A stretch of 64,000 nucleotides of DNA, taken from NCBI RefSeq assembly GCF_001194135.2, contig NC_069001.1, positions 27,385,852-27,449,851 of the forward strand. The letters are read 5' to 3'. Each line of letters opens with the position of its first letter. Position 1 is the stretch's first letter. The stretch is from Octopus bimaculoides (Eukaryota). A program made the position numbers and the translations under genes. Under the pieces are notes generated by a model. It saw only the letters and a list, made by a program, of their open reading frames with translations. It searched no databases and had not been told where the DNA came from. Of the stretch, positions 12,264 through 25,650 are shown one piece after another.

Positions 12264-13190
12264 TGTATATATNNNNNNNNNNNNNNNNNNNNNNNNNNNN
12301 NNNNNNNNNNNNNNNNNNNNNNNNNNNNNNNNNNNNNNNNNNNNNNNNNNNNNNNNNNNNNNNNNNNNNNNNNNNNNNNNNNNNNNNNNNNNNNNNNNNN
12401 NNNNNNNNNNNNNNNNNNNNNNNNNNNNNNNNNNNNNNNNNNNNNNNNNNNNNNNNNNNNNNNNNNNNNNNNNNNNNNNNNNNNNNNNNNNNNNNNNNNN
12501 NNNNNNNNNNNNNNNNNNNNNNNNNNNNNNNNNNNNNNNNNNNNNNNNNNNNNNNNNNNNNNNNNNNNNNNNNNNNNNNNNNNNNNNNNNNNNNNNNNNN
12601 NNNNNNNNNNNNNNNNNNNNNNNNNNNNNNNNNNNNNNNNNNNNNNNNNNNNNNNNNNNNNNNNNNNNNNNNNNNNNNNNNNNNNNNNNNNNNNNNNNNN
12701 NNNNNNNNNNNNNNNNNNNNNNNNNNNNNNNNNNNNNNNNNNNNNNNNNNNNNNNNNNNNNNNNNNNNNNNNNNNNNNNNNNNNNNNNNNNNNNNNNNNN
12801 NNNNNNNNNNNNNNNNNNNNNNNNNNNNNNNNNNNNNNNNNNNNNNNNNNNNNNNNNNNNNNNNNNNNNNNNNNNNNNNNNNNNNNNNNNNNNNNNNNNN
12901 NNNNNNNNNNNNNNNNNNNNNNNNNNNNNNNNNNNNNNNNNNNNNNNNNNNNNNNNNNNNNNNNNNNNNNNNNNNNNNNNNNNNNNNNNNNNNNNNNNNN
13001 NNNNNNNNNNNNNNNNNNNNNNNNNNNNNNNNNNNNNNNNNNNNNNNNNNNNNNNNNNNNNNNNNNNNNNNNNNNNNNNNNNNNNNNNNNNNNNNNNNNN
13101 NNNNNNNNNNNNNNNNNNNNNNNNNNNNNNNNNNNNNNNNNNNNNNNNNNNNNNNNNNNNNNNNNNNNNNNNNNNNNATATATATATACT
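12085..13190. repeat. (AT/AC)n tract flanking a 905-N gap (12273-13177)
   Basis: Seen directly. Confidence 0.95.
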
Positions 13191-14092
13191 CGTTTTGTCC
13201 GTCTCTCTTTCTTTGTCAATGTCTGTCTTTCTCGCCATATCTGTCTCTCTAGCTGCTAGTTATTTTCGAAACAATCTCTGATAATATTGTCCAAAACTTT
13301 CCAAACTTATAATTGTATGTGTTTCTCTATATAATTTTATTACTTTCTCAAGATAATTATCAACAATATCTCTTGTCGATTGGGGATTGGTTTATTCGGA
13401 AATGAAGTTTTAGACCAAACGAACGAGTGAAAAGGAAATAGAATTTGATAAGACGAGAGAGAATGAGAGAGTCAGAGACAGAAGGAAACAGAAAGCGTGA
13501 TAGATAGTTAGATAGATAGATAGATATATAGATTGAGAGAGAGAGAGAGAGGGGGGTGGAGGGAGAGAGAAAGTGAGTATAACAGTAAATAACAGAAGCA
13601 TAACTTTAATCTGAACTTCTAACTTATAATTCATCACGTTTTCGTCAGCGATTTGGTATTTATTAATTGAAATTTAAACAAATTTTAATACGGATTTCAG
13701 AATCTGAATGAATCCTATTACGAAAAGTGCCTTTTTGAGTCTACTGAAGCAATTACGTATACACACATATGCATATGTGAAAACAAATATGTACATGCAT
13801 ACGCACACACAAACATATGACCTTGTTACGATATTCATAACTTATATAGGCATGAATTTTGACCAGGATAAAGTATAATAACTGATTATAAAACGAGGGT
13901 AAGTCTTTTCACATCACGTTTCTAGTAGTCACGTGTCTAATACTCCTGGTAAATAGAATTGCATCGTGAGAGTAGGAAAGGACCACATAACAGAATATTC
14001 CCTGATTAATGACCAGGTATAAGCAGAATGTTATTCTCAAGATTCGTCACAACAGAGCAGCATTTCTCTTTATCAGTATTTCTCTTTATCAG

Positions 14093-14507
14093 TAGAAGTC
14101 TATGCATGGTTATGTTACGAAAGAGCTGCACAGAGACTGCAACAAGAATAATCATTATCGGTTGTTTTGGACCAACCGCTATTCAATTTGTTGTCGCTTT
14201 GAAGATGCTTCTGAACACAAATTAAAAAGCAAATACCTCTGGGACTGAAGATTTGTGCAAAATATCTAAATAAGATAGCGGAGGAAGGATCTATGGATTT
14301 AAACACAGAAGATGTGACAGACATTGAAAATAGCTGGTCGAAAATATTATGATACAAAAGATATAATATAAAAAAACTAAAACTCCCACAAAATAATGCG
14401 TAGAAAGGACAGAACTTAAGAGAGATATATACGGACTTATGGTGATGTAGCGGGCACAGTCAGTAACTGTTAGATATAGAGTTTATGAAGCTGGACAAAA
14501 ATATGAG
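14093..14507 (+). pseudogene. Decayed exon-like segment, family unresolved (possibly N-terminal part of an NLR-like gene)
   Basis: Good acceptor (tctctttatcag) and donor (AG|gtaggt). One frame reads ...QIKKQIPLGLKICAKYLNKIAEEGSMDLNTEDVTDIENSWSKIL*...LREIYTDLW with 7 stops. Confidence 0.4.
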
Positions 14508-14925
14508 GTAGGTACCTTAGTAAAAGTAATTTATCTTATAGCGATGTTAAAAATACAGGAGAAGAAAGATTCATAGTTACATATCCTTCCTCATATGCAC
14601 AATACTTATAGCGTTTCAGCAATGACTATCTTGTATTTACAAAAGTAATGCGACTACATTTTATAATAATATTACTTTTAATATTTTTGCAAAAAACCGG
14701 CAATTTTGGGTGTGGGGAGGGTTTTAGACGGAACGTACAGACGAACAAAATGTCGCTAAGCATTTTGTCCGGTGTGCTAACCATTCTACCAGTTCGCCGT
14801 CTTACATTAAATAACGACAGTGGAAGCAACAATATGATTGAATGGACAATGTGCTGTTATTTCTAGAAAGCTGATAGATGTATTAATTCTATATTTTTAG
14901 CGTGTAATCATTAGATCATTCACAG

Positions 14926-15177
14926 AGTCTTGGAGTTTGTTGAGACGAAAATATCCTGAAATGGTAGGCGTACCAGAATCTCTGCGAGAGTCAAATCCAC
15001 TCAAGGAACTCAAGGATCAGGTGAAGCAGTTCTGGACTAAAGTCAGAAAAAGTTACGTAAAACATTGGGCAAGTATTGAAACATACGCACATGTACACGG
15101 GCATAGATTAAATCTTACGGATAAAAACATGGAATTACATGAAAATCCAGATAAATTACTGAAGTGCGAACGGAAAT
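14926..15177 (+). pseudogene. Open exon-like segment with a degenerate donor
   Basis: After ttcacag, about 84 stop-free codons (SWSLLRRKYPEMVGVPESLRESNPLKELKDQVKQFWTKVRKSYVKHW...), ending at ataagt, a possible gtaagt mutant. Confidence 0.4.
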
Positions 15178-15478
15178 ATAAGTACATCTGTAATTTATGC
15201 ATATATGCATGGAATCATACATTCACACGCGCATACATCCGTGCAAATATTCGCAAATACACACATACATACATACATACATACATACATACATTACTAT
15301 TGCATTCATTGTAAATCAAATGTCAATGATAGAGCATTATTTCCTGGTCGGAAACAGGTTCATTGTTTGCTCTTACGAAACTTAGAAACATACATTCACA
15401 TACACATACGTAAATACTTCAATCTATCTATCTATCTATCTATCTGTGTATGTATGTGAGTGTGTGTGTACGTATACG

Positions 15479-15521
<43 letters not shown>

Positions 15522-15619
15522 AAATAACGTCGACCACTAACGTGGACAATTAATGCGCTAGAAATAGATCACATCTTGTGTCTATTAAAACCTAAATTGT
15601 TCTCAACATGAAATATAGC

Positions 15620-15792
15620 AGCATACGTATATATATACGTATATATATATGTATATNNNNNNNNNNNNNNNNNNNNNNNNNNNNNNNNNNNNNNNNNNNN
15701 NNNNNNNNNNNNNNNNNNNNNNNNNNNNNNNNNNNNNNNNNNNNNNNNNNNNNNNNNNNNNNNNNNNNNNNNNNNNNNNNNNNNNNNNNNNN

Positions 15793-15822
<30 letters not shown>
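15620..15822. repeat. (AT)n with 136-N gap (15657-15792)
   Basis: Seen directly. Confidence 0.95.
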
Positions 15823-15826
<4 letters not shown>

Positions 15827-16164
15827 TTCTGGAAAATTCTATGATAAAACAAACCACTCGAACTGAATTGAAATTCCTGCACCCACTCCAACATACTGAT
15901 ATATCTTTATAATTGCACTTAATGGAAACAGGAAACACTTAGAGGATATAGTACGTAAATCCTCCTTATAGTAATTAAGCCGAAGAAGAAACCCCTCCGC
16001 AGTCGACTGTAACATTAGAACAATTAACGAAGGCCAGAAATAAGATATTCCTGATTAAAGTAAGGTAGTAAAGAAGGCTAGCTGGTCAGAGCTCGAATGC
16101 TAGTTATAACATGGGAAAAGGAAAACTGTACCAAATAAACACTGGATATCTCTAGGAAACTAAG

Positions 16165-16490
16165 TGGTTCCCAATGTAATTAAACAAATATAATCAAACG
16201 AAAACTTTTCTGTAGTAAATATAAATAAATGTACAGCAATATATAAAAAAATAACAATCTTACTAACAAGAATAAGAACAATTATAAAAATAGAATGTGT
16301 AGATATTTCCTTAAATCTATTGCTTTCCAGTAGATTTAAGTTTATTCGCAATTTTGACATTGACGGTTTAATATGGTGTAATACAAAGCCTTGAAATAAC
16401 AGAAACATACGAAAGTTAGTCATTTCATCAGCACATCTTTGTGTCGAGTGTCCATCACTGATGAAACCAAGGAAGGTCGAGATTACGTGA
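16165..16490 (+). pseudogene. Possible LRR-like coding relic
   Basis: One frame with few stops: FKFIRNFDIDGLIW...NNRNIRKLVISSAHLCVECPSL. Confidence 0.2.
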
Positions 16491-16889
16491 CCTGGTGGAC
16501 GCTGCGCTGGAGTTGGTGTGGATTTAACTCTCCACTATCGATACGAAGAAGCGCGTATTTTGCAGCAAAAGCCTATATGTGAGTTTCTCCCATGGTATCT
16601 ATTGCTGTAGAGTATGTTCTTACAGCATATCCACGTTTAAATGTGAATGAAACATTACTTCTCGGTATCAATATAGCTTCTGTCGCTGATTTATATTTTT
16701 TTAACAAGCTCACTGTCTAATCGTGACATCAGTGCTTGTTCAGGCACTGCCATATCCATGGCAGAGAGATGTGTTGATGATATGTCTAGCAGTCGAATAC
16801 CTATCACCTATGAGAGCAAAGAATGTCGAAATCACGTGATCAGATGGTCTCAGCGCTAGAGTTGATGAGAATAAATATTACGCTTGGCT

Positions 16890-17570
16890 ATTAATACTGC
16901 CCCGATTTTGTCGGCCAAATGCCCTAAATTAATTAATCCTTTTGACTATGAGCACAACGCCTGATAATAAGGGGAAGTGGGGTGGTCGATTACATCGACC
17001 TCAGTACTCAACTTCTACTTATTTTATCGACCTCGAAAGGATGAAAAGCAAAGTCGACCTCGGCAGAACTTGAACTCAGAACATTAGGACAGACTGAATG
17101 TCTCTAAGCTTTTCGCCTGGTGTGCTAACGATTCTGCTAGCTCACAGCCGACTCAGTACCATGAGAGAACTTTGAGGGAATAGGAAGCCGCTTACATCGA
17201 CCAGTGGAGCTCAAGCCGTAAGTATTTTAACTCTATCGAAAGGACAAAAGTCTAAGTCCAGAATTTGTACTTAGGTCGTGAAAGCCGGAATAAATGCAGT
17301 GACATATTTAGTCCGGCACAATAAAGTTGCTGCTAGTTCGTTGCTTTAATTAACAATCCTGTCTACTATAAGAACAAGACGTGAAATGCTGGCAGAGAGG
17401 TCAAGTCGATTATATCGTTACTTAATTTTATGAAATTGGTACTTAATTTTATCAAACCCAAAAAGGCAAAGTCAATCTCGGTAGAATTCGAACTTAGAAC
17501 GTAAGTACTACAATGCATTTTGGCTGGTGTGCTAATGATTCTGCCATCATGCCGCATTTAATTAGTAATA
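16890..17570 (-). mobile_element. Cluster of SINE copies (gaatcgttagcac family, reverse)
   Basis: Repeated atcgacc...gtactta...tttatc...aaaggcaaagtc...gtgctaa(c/t)gattctgc modules. Confidence 0.75.
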
Positions 17571-17782
17571 CAAAGATTGAACTCTGGTTAAGCACAAAAG
17601 CTCACACTATGCTTAATTCTTGTGGTGAAAGTTTTTTTTACCAATTCCTCTCAATTATATGTAGAATAGCTGAATTTTTTTTGTCCTTTACATGAAAGAA
17701 ACATGGGTGAACATAACACAATTGCTAAGCGTTTTCTAAACATGTTAAAACTAACATGAATGTATTTTGTTGTATCTGTAGG

Positions 17783-18212
17783 TATAGCACTTGTGTTCCA
17801 TGGTCTTAGTTGGTATTAATTGTCGAAAACATTTAATCAGATCATTAATTAATGGCTGAGATTTGTGACGTTGATGGTATTAGAGATTTTAAGCTCTCAC
17901 ATTCGATTCTATAATTTGTTTATGCTACTTTGACGGTACTCTATTGTAATATCTAATTTGAGATGGAAATGTCAGGCGGTTTGTAAGGTAATGTAATCTG
18001 CACAACTTGTTAATCTAGTTTTAATAGGAAAATTATATTGAATGAAATGGCTAACATTTCTATAGCTAAACTCTTCGTCAATACACATACCTAATCAGCC
18101 AAATCTTTGCTATCTCTCCTAGTTTACATTCCGGGTGCGCACTGCTGAAAAGAACCAATAGCTCGAGACATACGATTTCCTAGATTTCTGCTAGATGAGC
18201 GTCGTTCGTCAC
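17783..18212. pseudogene. Possible LRR-like coding relic, strand uncertain
   Basis: Plus-strand acceptor (tctgtag) and GTAAGT donor bracket it. LRR-like words occur on both strands (ARDIRF on plus; ELKISN on minus). Confidence 0.15.
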
Positions 18213-19615
18213 GTAAGTGTGCTTTTTAATATAAGTTGTTTAAGCGAAGCTCCATGAATTACGGTTGATCCAACAATGAACAGAAATTGGTATATTGTTG
18301 TAACACAAATGCTCCGTTGCACAAAAATACATACACACAGAAGTATGCTTATATATACATACACATGCACATAAGAACATATCGACAAAAAGTATGCACA
18401 CGACCACTCACACCATGTGGGGGGAATACACTGCTGTGCATAGGTGTACGCTTGGGTGTTTTTTTTTTTGAGAAGCCTGCTTTGATATCACATAAAGTTT
18501 CAGTATCGACGTTATGTAAATGTCTGCGCATATAGTAAACGAAGACGCAATGATTTTTTTGAGAGAATTTGGTAAACAGGTAATGTGTGGAAGTTCTTCG
18601 TACATATGCATGTATGTATGTGTTCACACAAACACAAAAAATGACGCACGTACATACATTCATATATACATACATCAAACGCATCAAAGGTCCTTCACAT
18701 GCCATAGGCTCATAAGACAGGTTTCTCTGATTCCATGCTGTATATTTTTGCTGCACATCTGGACGTGATGCCGAGCTATCACAGGATTCAGGATTATTTA
18801 GTTTTGCCCGCCAAATGAACTGGAGCAACGCAAAATGCGTTGTTTTCTTAAAAAACACAACTCATCGCCCGGTCCAAGAATTGAAAACACACACACATAC
18901 ACACACAGGCACGCGCGTACACACACACAAACACACATACAATGTCGAGAGGGTAATAATCCAATCTGTCTGAAGAATTTATGATAGATGATATCTTACG
19001 TGTTTCCCTTACATTTGCAATTTTGCAACACCGATTAGCAAATCAAGCACATGCAGTGGTGAACAATAACACTAAAACATAATACTATTATATATGAGGG
19101 AGAAGAGGAAACTAAGAGAACGGTAGACAAATTAGTGAGAGACTGCAAATGGTCTTTCCCTCGCTTAATTTTGAACTAGGAATATAACACTTTAGTACCC
19201 ATGCTTAAATAGTTTAAATTACTTGAGAAGAGGTAATTTGACTACCGGATAACTGTGTCCACTGACTGAGACAATTGCGACAATTTTATACATAATGTGT
19301 TTTAGTCTAATCCTTTAACTTATTACACAGCGGTGGAAATAAGGCACCCTCTTAAAAATATTGTTAAATATATAGATCAGTATAGTTATTTTATTACTAC
19401 AGTGAGCTCTAAGGATTGATCTCTTTATTAGGCATAAAGCCCTAAACAGATGGGGACACCACAAGGACTGAAAAGACCACAGTGGGGACAAAAAACATAA
19501 AACGAATGTAAATGAAATGAAAGTTATATAAAAATGAAAATGGACGCAGCACCATTTGAACCGTTATATGTATTATTTACAATTAGTCTCTTTTTTAATT
19601 TCATACTTTTTTTCT

Positions 19616-19935
19616 TTAGTAAAACTTCATTGGTGGTTCGATTTCTCTTAACTCCATCACTGGTGGCAACTCTTTAAATTCCACCTCTATTCCTGGTGGG
19701 TCAACGTTATCTCCACACATCTCTTTCAATTTTCTGTAGTTTTCTTCTTCGATCACTATTGCCTTCATATCCTCCGCGTAGACGTATGAACGCACTTTTA
19801 CTCTTACTATTGAAAGTAAGTTGATAATTTTTTTCTGTAAGGATTACTTGGGTGTCTGGTAACCAAGGTTACACATATGAGGGAAGCACATTGTTTTTTT
19901 ATCTTCCAAATTCCATGCACAAAGCATGGAATTTA
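19616..19935 (-). other. Unidentified coding-like fragment, possibly from a DNA element
   Basis: 75 open codons at 19843-19616 (...VKVRSYVYAEDMKAIVIEEENYRKLKEMCGDNVDPPGIEVEFKELPPVMELREIEPPMKFY*), frameshifted in an A7 run from upstream PWLPDTQVILTEK. Confidence 0.3.
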
Positions 19936-20776
19936 ATCTGAAATAAACGCAGAAATGTTAGAGTTGTCCAAGTTGCCGCGATGTGACTGAAAGAAGTACA
20001 ACGCTGTTTCGAAACCTCTTCGTTTTTTTCGTATATCGTTATACTGGCACAGATGAATTTTTTTTTTAAATTTTTTTATCGCAATTATATTCTGCATTTG
20101 GCGAAAGTAAAGAATACGTACATCTGGTGATTAGGGTTAGGGTTACAACGAAAACGGAAGTGGGTGCGTATTCTTTCCCTCCATCCTGTATTTCCGGTGT
20201 GTGTGTAGCAAAAATGTATATTTTATTGCATAGAATTTTATATATTATACACGGAATTACATTTAGAGTCGCGACGGGAAATACAAGCAGTTAAGGTAAG
20301 CTGATAAAAATTATTCATTGCGTCGTATGCTTATTTCACAGTAATATATTGTAGCTTTACTCATTGCATGTTAATGAGAACTTAACTCGACTATGTATGA
20401 TATTTTGTAAACTATGTATGTCATGCATGTAATATCGAAGCATTTATTGTATAAGCTTTTCACCATTTTACTTTTCAAATATCATATACGAAGATTGGTT
20501 AATACTCTTATGTGGACTTGTGTGTCCATGGATAAAGTAAAATGATATAATATATATAAATATATAACATTAAACAGTTTGATTCGGTTTCCGTGTTATT
20601 TCAACTTTCTTTAATGCAGTCAGTCTCCTTCATCCTCTTGAATGACCTGAAAGAGACGGAATGCATTGCAGGCCTGATAAAGTTGAAGTGGCACGGGAAT
20701 CAATGTGTTTAAAATAATACACGTAGCTCATACTATATTTGTTGAATAGCCTTTTCTTTCGTTTGTACACTCATTC

Positions 20777-20824
<48 letters not shown>

Positions 20825-21239
20825 GGGATCAGCAAGCATTTGCTTCACCATATACCGAAGTTCAGAAATAGCAGCTAAAAAAAGCTGTGACTCCATACCG
20901 AAGAGCTTGGTAAAAATTATTAATTGTTGATTTATTAATAAATTGATAAATCTTTACCCTTTTAATTTATATATATATGTATACGGCTAATTGAACGAGC
21001 AAGCGAAACCATCACTCTACGCATTTTGTTGGCGTTGTAATAAATAATCCAATAACAGTTTTACTCAGCTAGTGGCACTTAAAATTTCGAATCTTCAGTT
21101 TACGACCTTACGAAACTTTAAGTTGCTTGGAGACGAATCAGACCGTTTGAATTATACATGCATGTGTGTATTCATGTGTATGTAAATTACTGTTTATTTT
21201 ATATTATGATAAAAAACAAATTTACATTAAACTGCTGGA

Positions 21240-22600
21240 TTACTGAATATGGTAGATAGAAAATTATTATTCTTTGACAAGAATAGTATTGACAGCGACT
21301 TCAATGTTTCCGCAAAATAGCCTATCATCCGATCCTCTCAATCTATCACTGTACTACACATACGTTTGTGTATGTGGATTGTTATACCTATATATATATG
21401 AGGACAGTTGTGTGTGTATATATATATTATCTATTCAATATAATCTATTTTGGCTAGAAAAAGTTTCACTCAAATCCTACACCATGCTAATCATAGGCCT
21501 TCTCGATGACGGTTTACTGACCTGGAGCAAAAAAGTTTTAAAAATTATCTGAACAAAACAAGGCAAAGTAAGAAAAAAAAGCCTATACAGTAGCCAAATA
21601 TCTTTTGAAAGCCCTGTCGTTGGATAATATAATCCTGAAATCCCTGTCACTAAACGATGTCATCCACAACACATTTTATTTGAAATATAGAATCACAAAC
21701 CACGCAAGTATGAACATGCAGTTACATAGGAGCATAGAAATGAGTGTATGTAAGTGGATGTGGTTGTGTGTGAGACCTATCATTATAAACAATCTGAATG
21801 AATAATTCCAGGTATGATATATTCGTGTGTTGAGATGAATGTTCCATAAATCACATTCTGCGTCCTGTACCTGACAATTGACACTTAATGTCCTTGGAAT
21901 ATAATGGTCGGTTTTCACTGGAAAATGCAGTTGGCCCAAAATAAAGAGCAAAAAATAAGTTATTGTAAATTATAATTATAAACCAAGTTTACAAATATAA
22001 GATTTGATATGTGCTCATGAAAAAGACATATGGCACTTGCTATATAAAGGATCCATGCCTGAATATATTTCATAATTTTTGCTGCGTTGTCAATTTATTC
22101 CTCATGAATGAATCCGCAAGGATTTCTCTTCTACACTAATATAAACACTATGGCCGGTTTTCGAATGATGTCATTTGTCAGAGTGAATAGATTCAGATAT
22201 ATTTCAGCGAGTTTCAATAATGTGAAAACCAAGTATGTTACAGCAGTCACATATCTTTCGTTATTCCATCTCTGCCCTCTCCCCTCTCTCATTCACTCTC
22301 TGTAGACACCAACACCCACCCGCAGACCCACTTGTATGTATATTTTGAATTGTATGGTACGTCTTTTTAGGATACAAAATCTTAACCTGGCGTTCAAAAT
22401 TGTATGAAGTGACTGCACCACTACATTTTTTTGGACATGGACAGAAAAGTTGGTTTCGATCAACAACAGTTTTCTGGCTAGAGTTTCCTCATAAAATAAA
22501 TAAGTATCTTCTGTCCACGGAGAGACTGGTGATTTATAAGTAATTCTAAAAGCTGCACTTGAGACTTGAACTCTCAATTTTGCCTAATGAATTCACTTCA
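21240..22600 (-). pseudogene. NLR-like relic 2: pre-NACHT motif through HD2
   Basis: In order: YKSPVSPWTED (22538-22506), KIYIQVGLRVGVG (P-loop-like, 22346-22308), TYLVFTLLKLAEI (22238-22200), RKPAIVFIL (Walker-B-like, ~22163-22137), LFILGQ..DHYI (~21950-21900), ISMLLCNC (~21741-21717), SFSDRDF (~21660-21640), RLFCG (21323-21309). Confidence 0.55.
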
Positions 22601-22991
22601 AACGTTGACTTAATACATAATGCATCACGAGATATTTTTGTAAAATTCAAAATAAATTACAGATAACTTTAATAACCATATGTTTTTAGCTTCGATGTGA
22701 AAAGTAAGCAAAATTGTTGAATTTCATATTTTATTCAGAGATAAAAGCGAGTTGAGGCATGTATGTTAGTTTTTAGTCTCGCTAGCAGGTTATTTCAGAA
22801 AATATCCTTCCGTATACACTAATCGACATTTAATGTTTAGTATCTGGTCGCATCAATCATTTTTTTATCTGGGAGTTGTGTTTCGTTTAATTTTCGATAC
22901 TACTCTAAACTTGCATGTTTTATGAAAATATATATTGCTAACATTTTAAATTATCACATATTCTGTGCAACGCTGAAAGGAATTGATTAAA

Positions 22992-23504
22992 ACATGTTAA
23001 TAGCTCATGTCTTTCTATGCAAATGACAGTGAACAATTTTAGATGATTCATTGTTTAGTACATGTGATTTAGAGAGGTAACAGTAATATGTTCTTTACTT
23101 GGCATATACAGGGTGGGCAAAAAATCATGCACAAAATAAATTCAATACGCTCCGAAATTGATAAAAACATATCTCGATTTTTCTTAAATTGAAAAAATAC
23201 ATTAAAACATGAATGCACACGTATATGTACAAGATGAACAAAATGGATGACGTGTTAATAGCTCATGTCTTTCTATGCAAATGACACTGAGCAGTTTAGC
23301 TGAGTCATTGTTTAGTACACGTGATTTAGTGACGTGACAGTAATACGTGCTCTTTACATTGCATATACAAGGTTTGCCAAAAAATCACGCACTATATAAA
23401 TTCAATACTCCGGAATTGTCAAATACATGTCTCTAAAATTGAAAAAAAAATTCATTAAAAATTTATGAATACACACGTACATGTACAAGATGAACAAAAT
23501 AGAT
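22992..23504 (+). repeat. Tandem duplication of a ~258-bp unit containing a Tc1/mariner-like TIR end
   Basis: Units at 22992-23249 and 23250-23504. TA-cagggtgggcaaaaaa at 23107 and TA-caaggtttgccaaaaaa at 23366 resemble the TIR of the MITE at 44499. Confidence 0.85.
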
Positions 23505-24140
23505 AATAGTTTCTAAGAATTACAGTAATGAGGAACAATCCCGGCAATATATTTGTTACCAGCTAATCTTTAGTGCTCTGATGTGGAGCTACATTTCTAA
23601 GATGACTCTTGTAAAGTTGCAGTAATTGAACAATGATGTCAAGACGACGGCTGAAACGATGAATGCCACGTCAGCATCGTATGAGATCGTGTTTTCCTCT
23701 TTGTGTATGCGTGGAGTAAGCCAAAGATACAGAGGTCGAAAAGAATAGGTAAGGGAAAGGATTTCAGTCGTACCACCTCCTTGGGATTGAAATTTCCGGA
23801 TATGTTGTTCCTCTAGACTGCACAACTTCTGTAACATTACATGGAATGTGCTAGCCTATGCTGTGTATTGCATTTTCAAAGGGTTTTCAGTAATTTCTCC
23901 GTATTTATAAAGACGGGAAATTGTGAAAGGTATTTACGAAGTCGACTATATTTTGTTTTGTACGCATGGAAAATGTCTGTGTTGTACTATAAGTTTGCGT
24001 GTTGAATTGTGTTTGAATAGAGTGATATGCTTCCGACTCATGAATAATAGACGGATGAAGTGTTTCTTATTGATGTTAAGGATTTGTCATTCTAGAGCGT
24101 CTAAGAAAATATGTAGAAAACTGATACAGCTCTGAGTTTT
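23500..24140 (-). pseudogene. Possible LRR-region relic
   Basis: One frame with few stops includes ORF 23589-23837 and continues LHIRALKISW. Confidence 0.25.
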
Positions 24141-25239
24141 TGTTTTTCATTTGGGTTTTCGTTGTGTTTATTTCGATATTTGGGGGATATCTAACGGTGA
24201 CATTATCTAATATGACATTTTTAGATGTAGCTTAGCTTAAGAGAGATTTAGCTGTTATTTCTCTCACGTTGATAGAATATATCTTTGGGGCGTAAATTTG
24301 TACGATTGTTAGATCGTATTGTAATATTATTTCAGGTGTATTCTTTCAGAATTAAAATATCGTTGAGGTCACCGTTGTCTTTGGATTTTCTAGGACAATA
24401 AAATAGAACAAAATAATCGACTGATATATCCCCTTAAAATTCTTTCCGCTGATGCTTATACTCGTAAGCAGAAAGACGGCAAGCTGCCTATATTTTACAG
24501 GTATTATATTTTCGATTTTGCGATCAGTACCAGAGAAACTATCTGTCGATGTTGTTGAAAGCATTGAAAGCGGTAACTCAGCATGAAAGCTGTTCAATGA
24601 CTGATACCAAAGGAAAAAAAGAAAAGAAAAAAATGAAATTTAAACGTATTTCTCTACACCGGAATGATTTGAGTTGAGAAATGTAATATATTTCATTGGT
24701 TCTGTGTTGCAAATGCATAGTCAGCCGACAAGAAAATGTTATAGTTGCGTGGCTACAGAAACGGTTACAGCTACGAAGTTTACAACATTCATGCTTGCAT
24801 ACACATTTGAAAATTACTTTAATCATTCGAAGTGTGTTCAGCGGTTCGTATTTTGTAGCTGATGAGATTTTTAATTTCAGTGTTATTTATAAGATACTAA
24901 TGAACAACACGAGTCGATCGTAGATGTATTGAAACGTTGATAGAGATTGAATAGTAGAATAGAGAATACAGAACGGTTCAGAAGCAAATTAAATACAGCA
25001 TATGTGAAGATAAACAAAGAAATGAAACGTTCGAACAGTATATTCTCATGACCTAAATACTCCGTGTGTCTAGATCGGGCGAAGACATAAAAGAACATAC
25101 ATCATGTCAACAACTAGTCAAGTACTATCTTTAATGATATATTAGAAACTGTTCTTGAAGTGTTACTGTTACAGACAGAATCTGTAGGAAGAAAAGAAAA
25201 AGACTGTTACTAATATTCATAAAAAGAAAAAATTCTCAT

Positions 25240-25552
25240 GATTCATTTTATATAAACGTATATAAATAAACAATATATATATATATATATATATGTATAT
25301 ACTACATAAATTGTTATGAATGTGTATACTTCTACGTGCATATGTACAGACGTAAACGTATGTGTGCATATATATATATATGTATATACTACATCTATTC
25401 TTACGAATGTATATTTACATACACATATGTATACATATATACGTCTATGTACATATATATGTATGCATATATGTTGTAATACATATATATGTATATAATA
25501 CACACATACGCAAATGTATGCATGCAAATATATATACATATTCATATACATA

Positions 25553-25623
<71 letters not shown>

Positions 25624-25650
25624 GTATGTACATACGTACATGTATGTATG
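25240..25650. repeat. Compound (AT)n/(ATAC)n microsatellite
   Basis: Seen directly. Confidence 0.95.

Noticed and set aside
12063-13281. Long 330-390 aa ORFs
   Set aside because: Read-through of a 905-N gap and (AT)n repeats.
20131-20145. Interstitial telomere repeat
   Set aside because: Only 2.5 TTAGGG units; too short to distinguish from chance or TE content.
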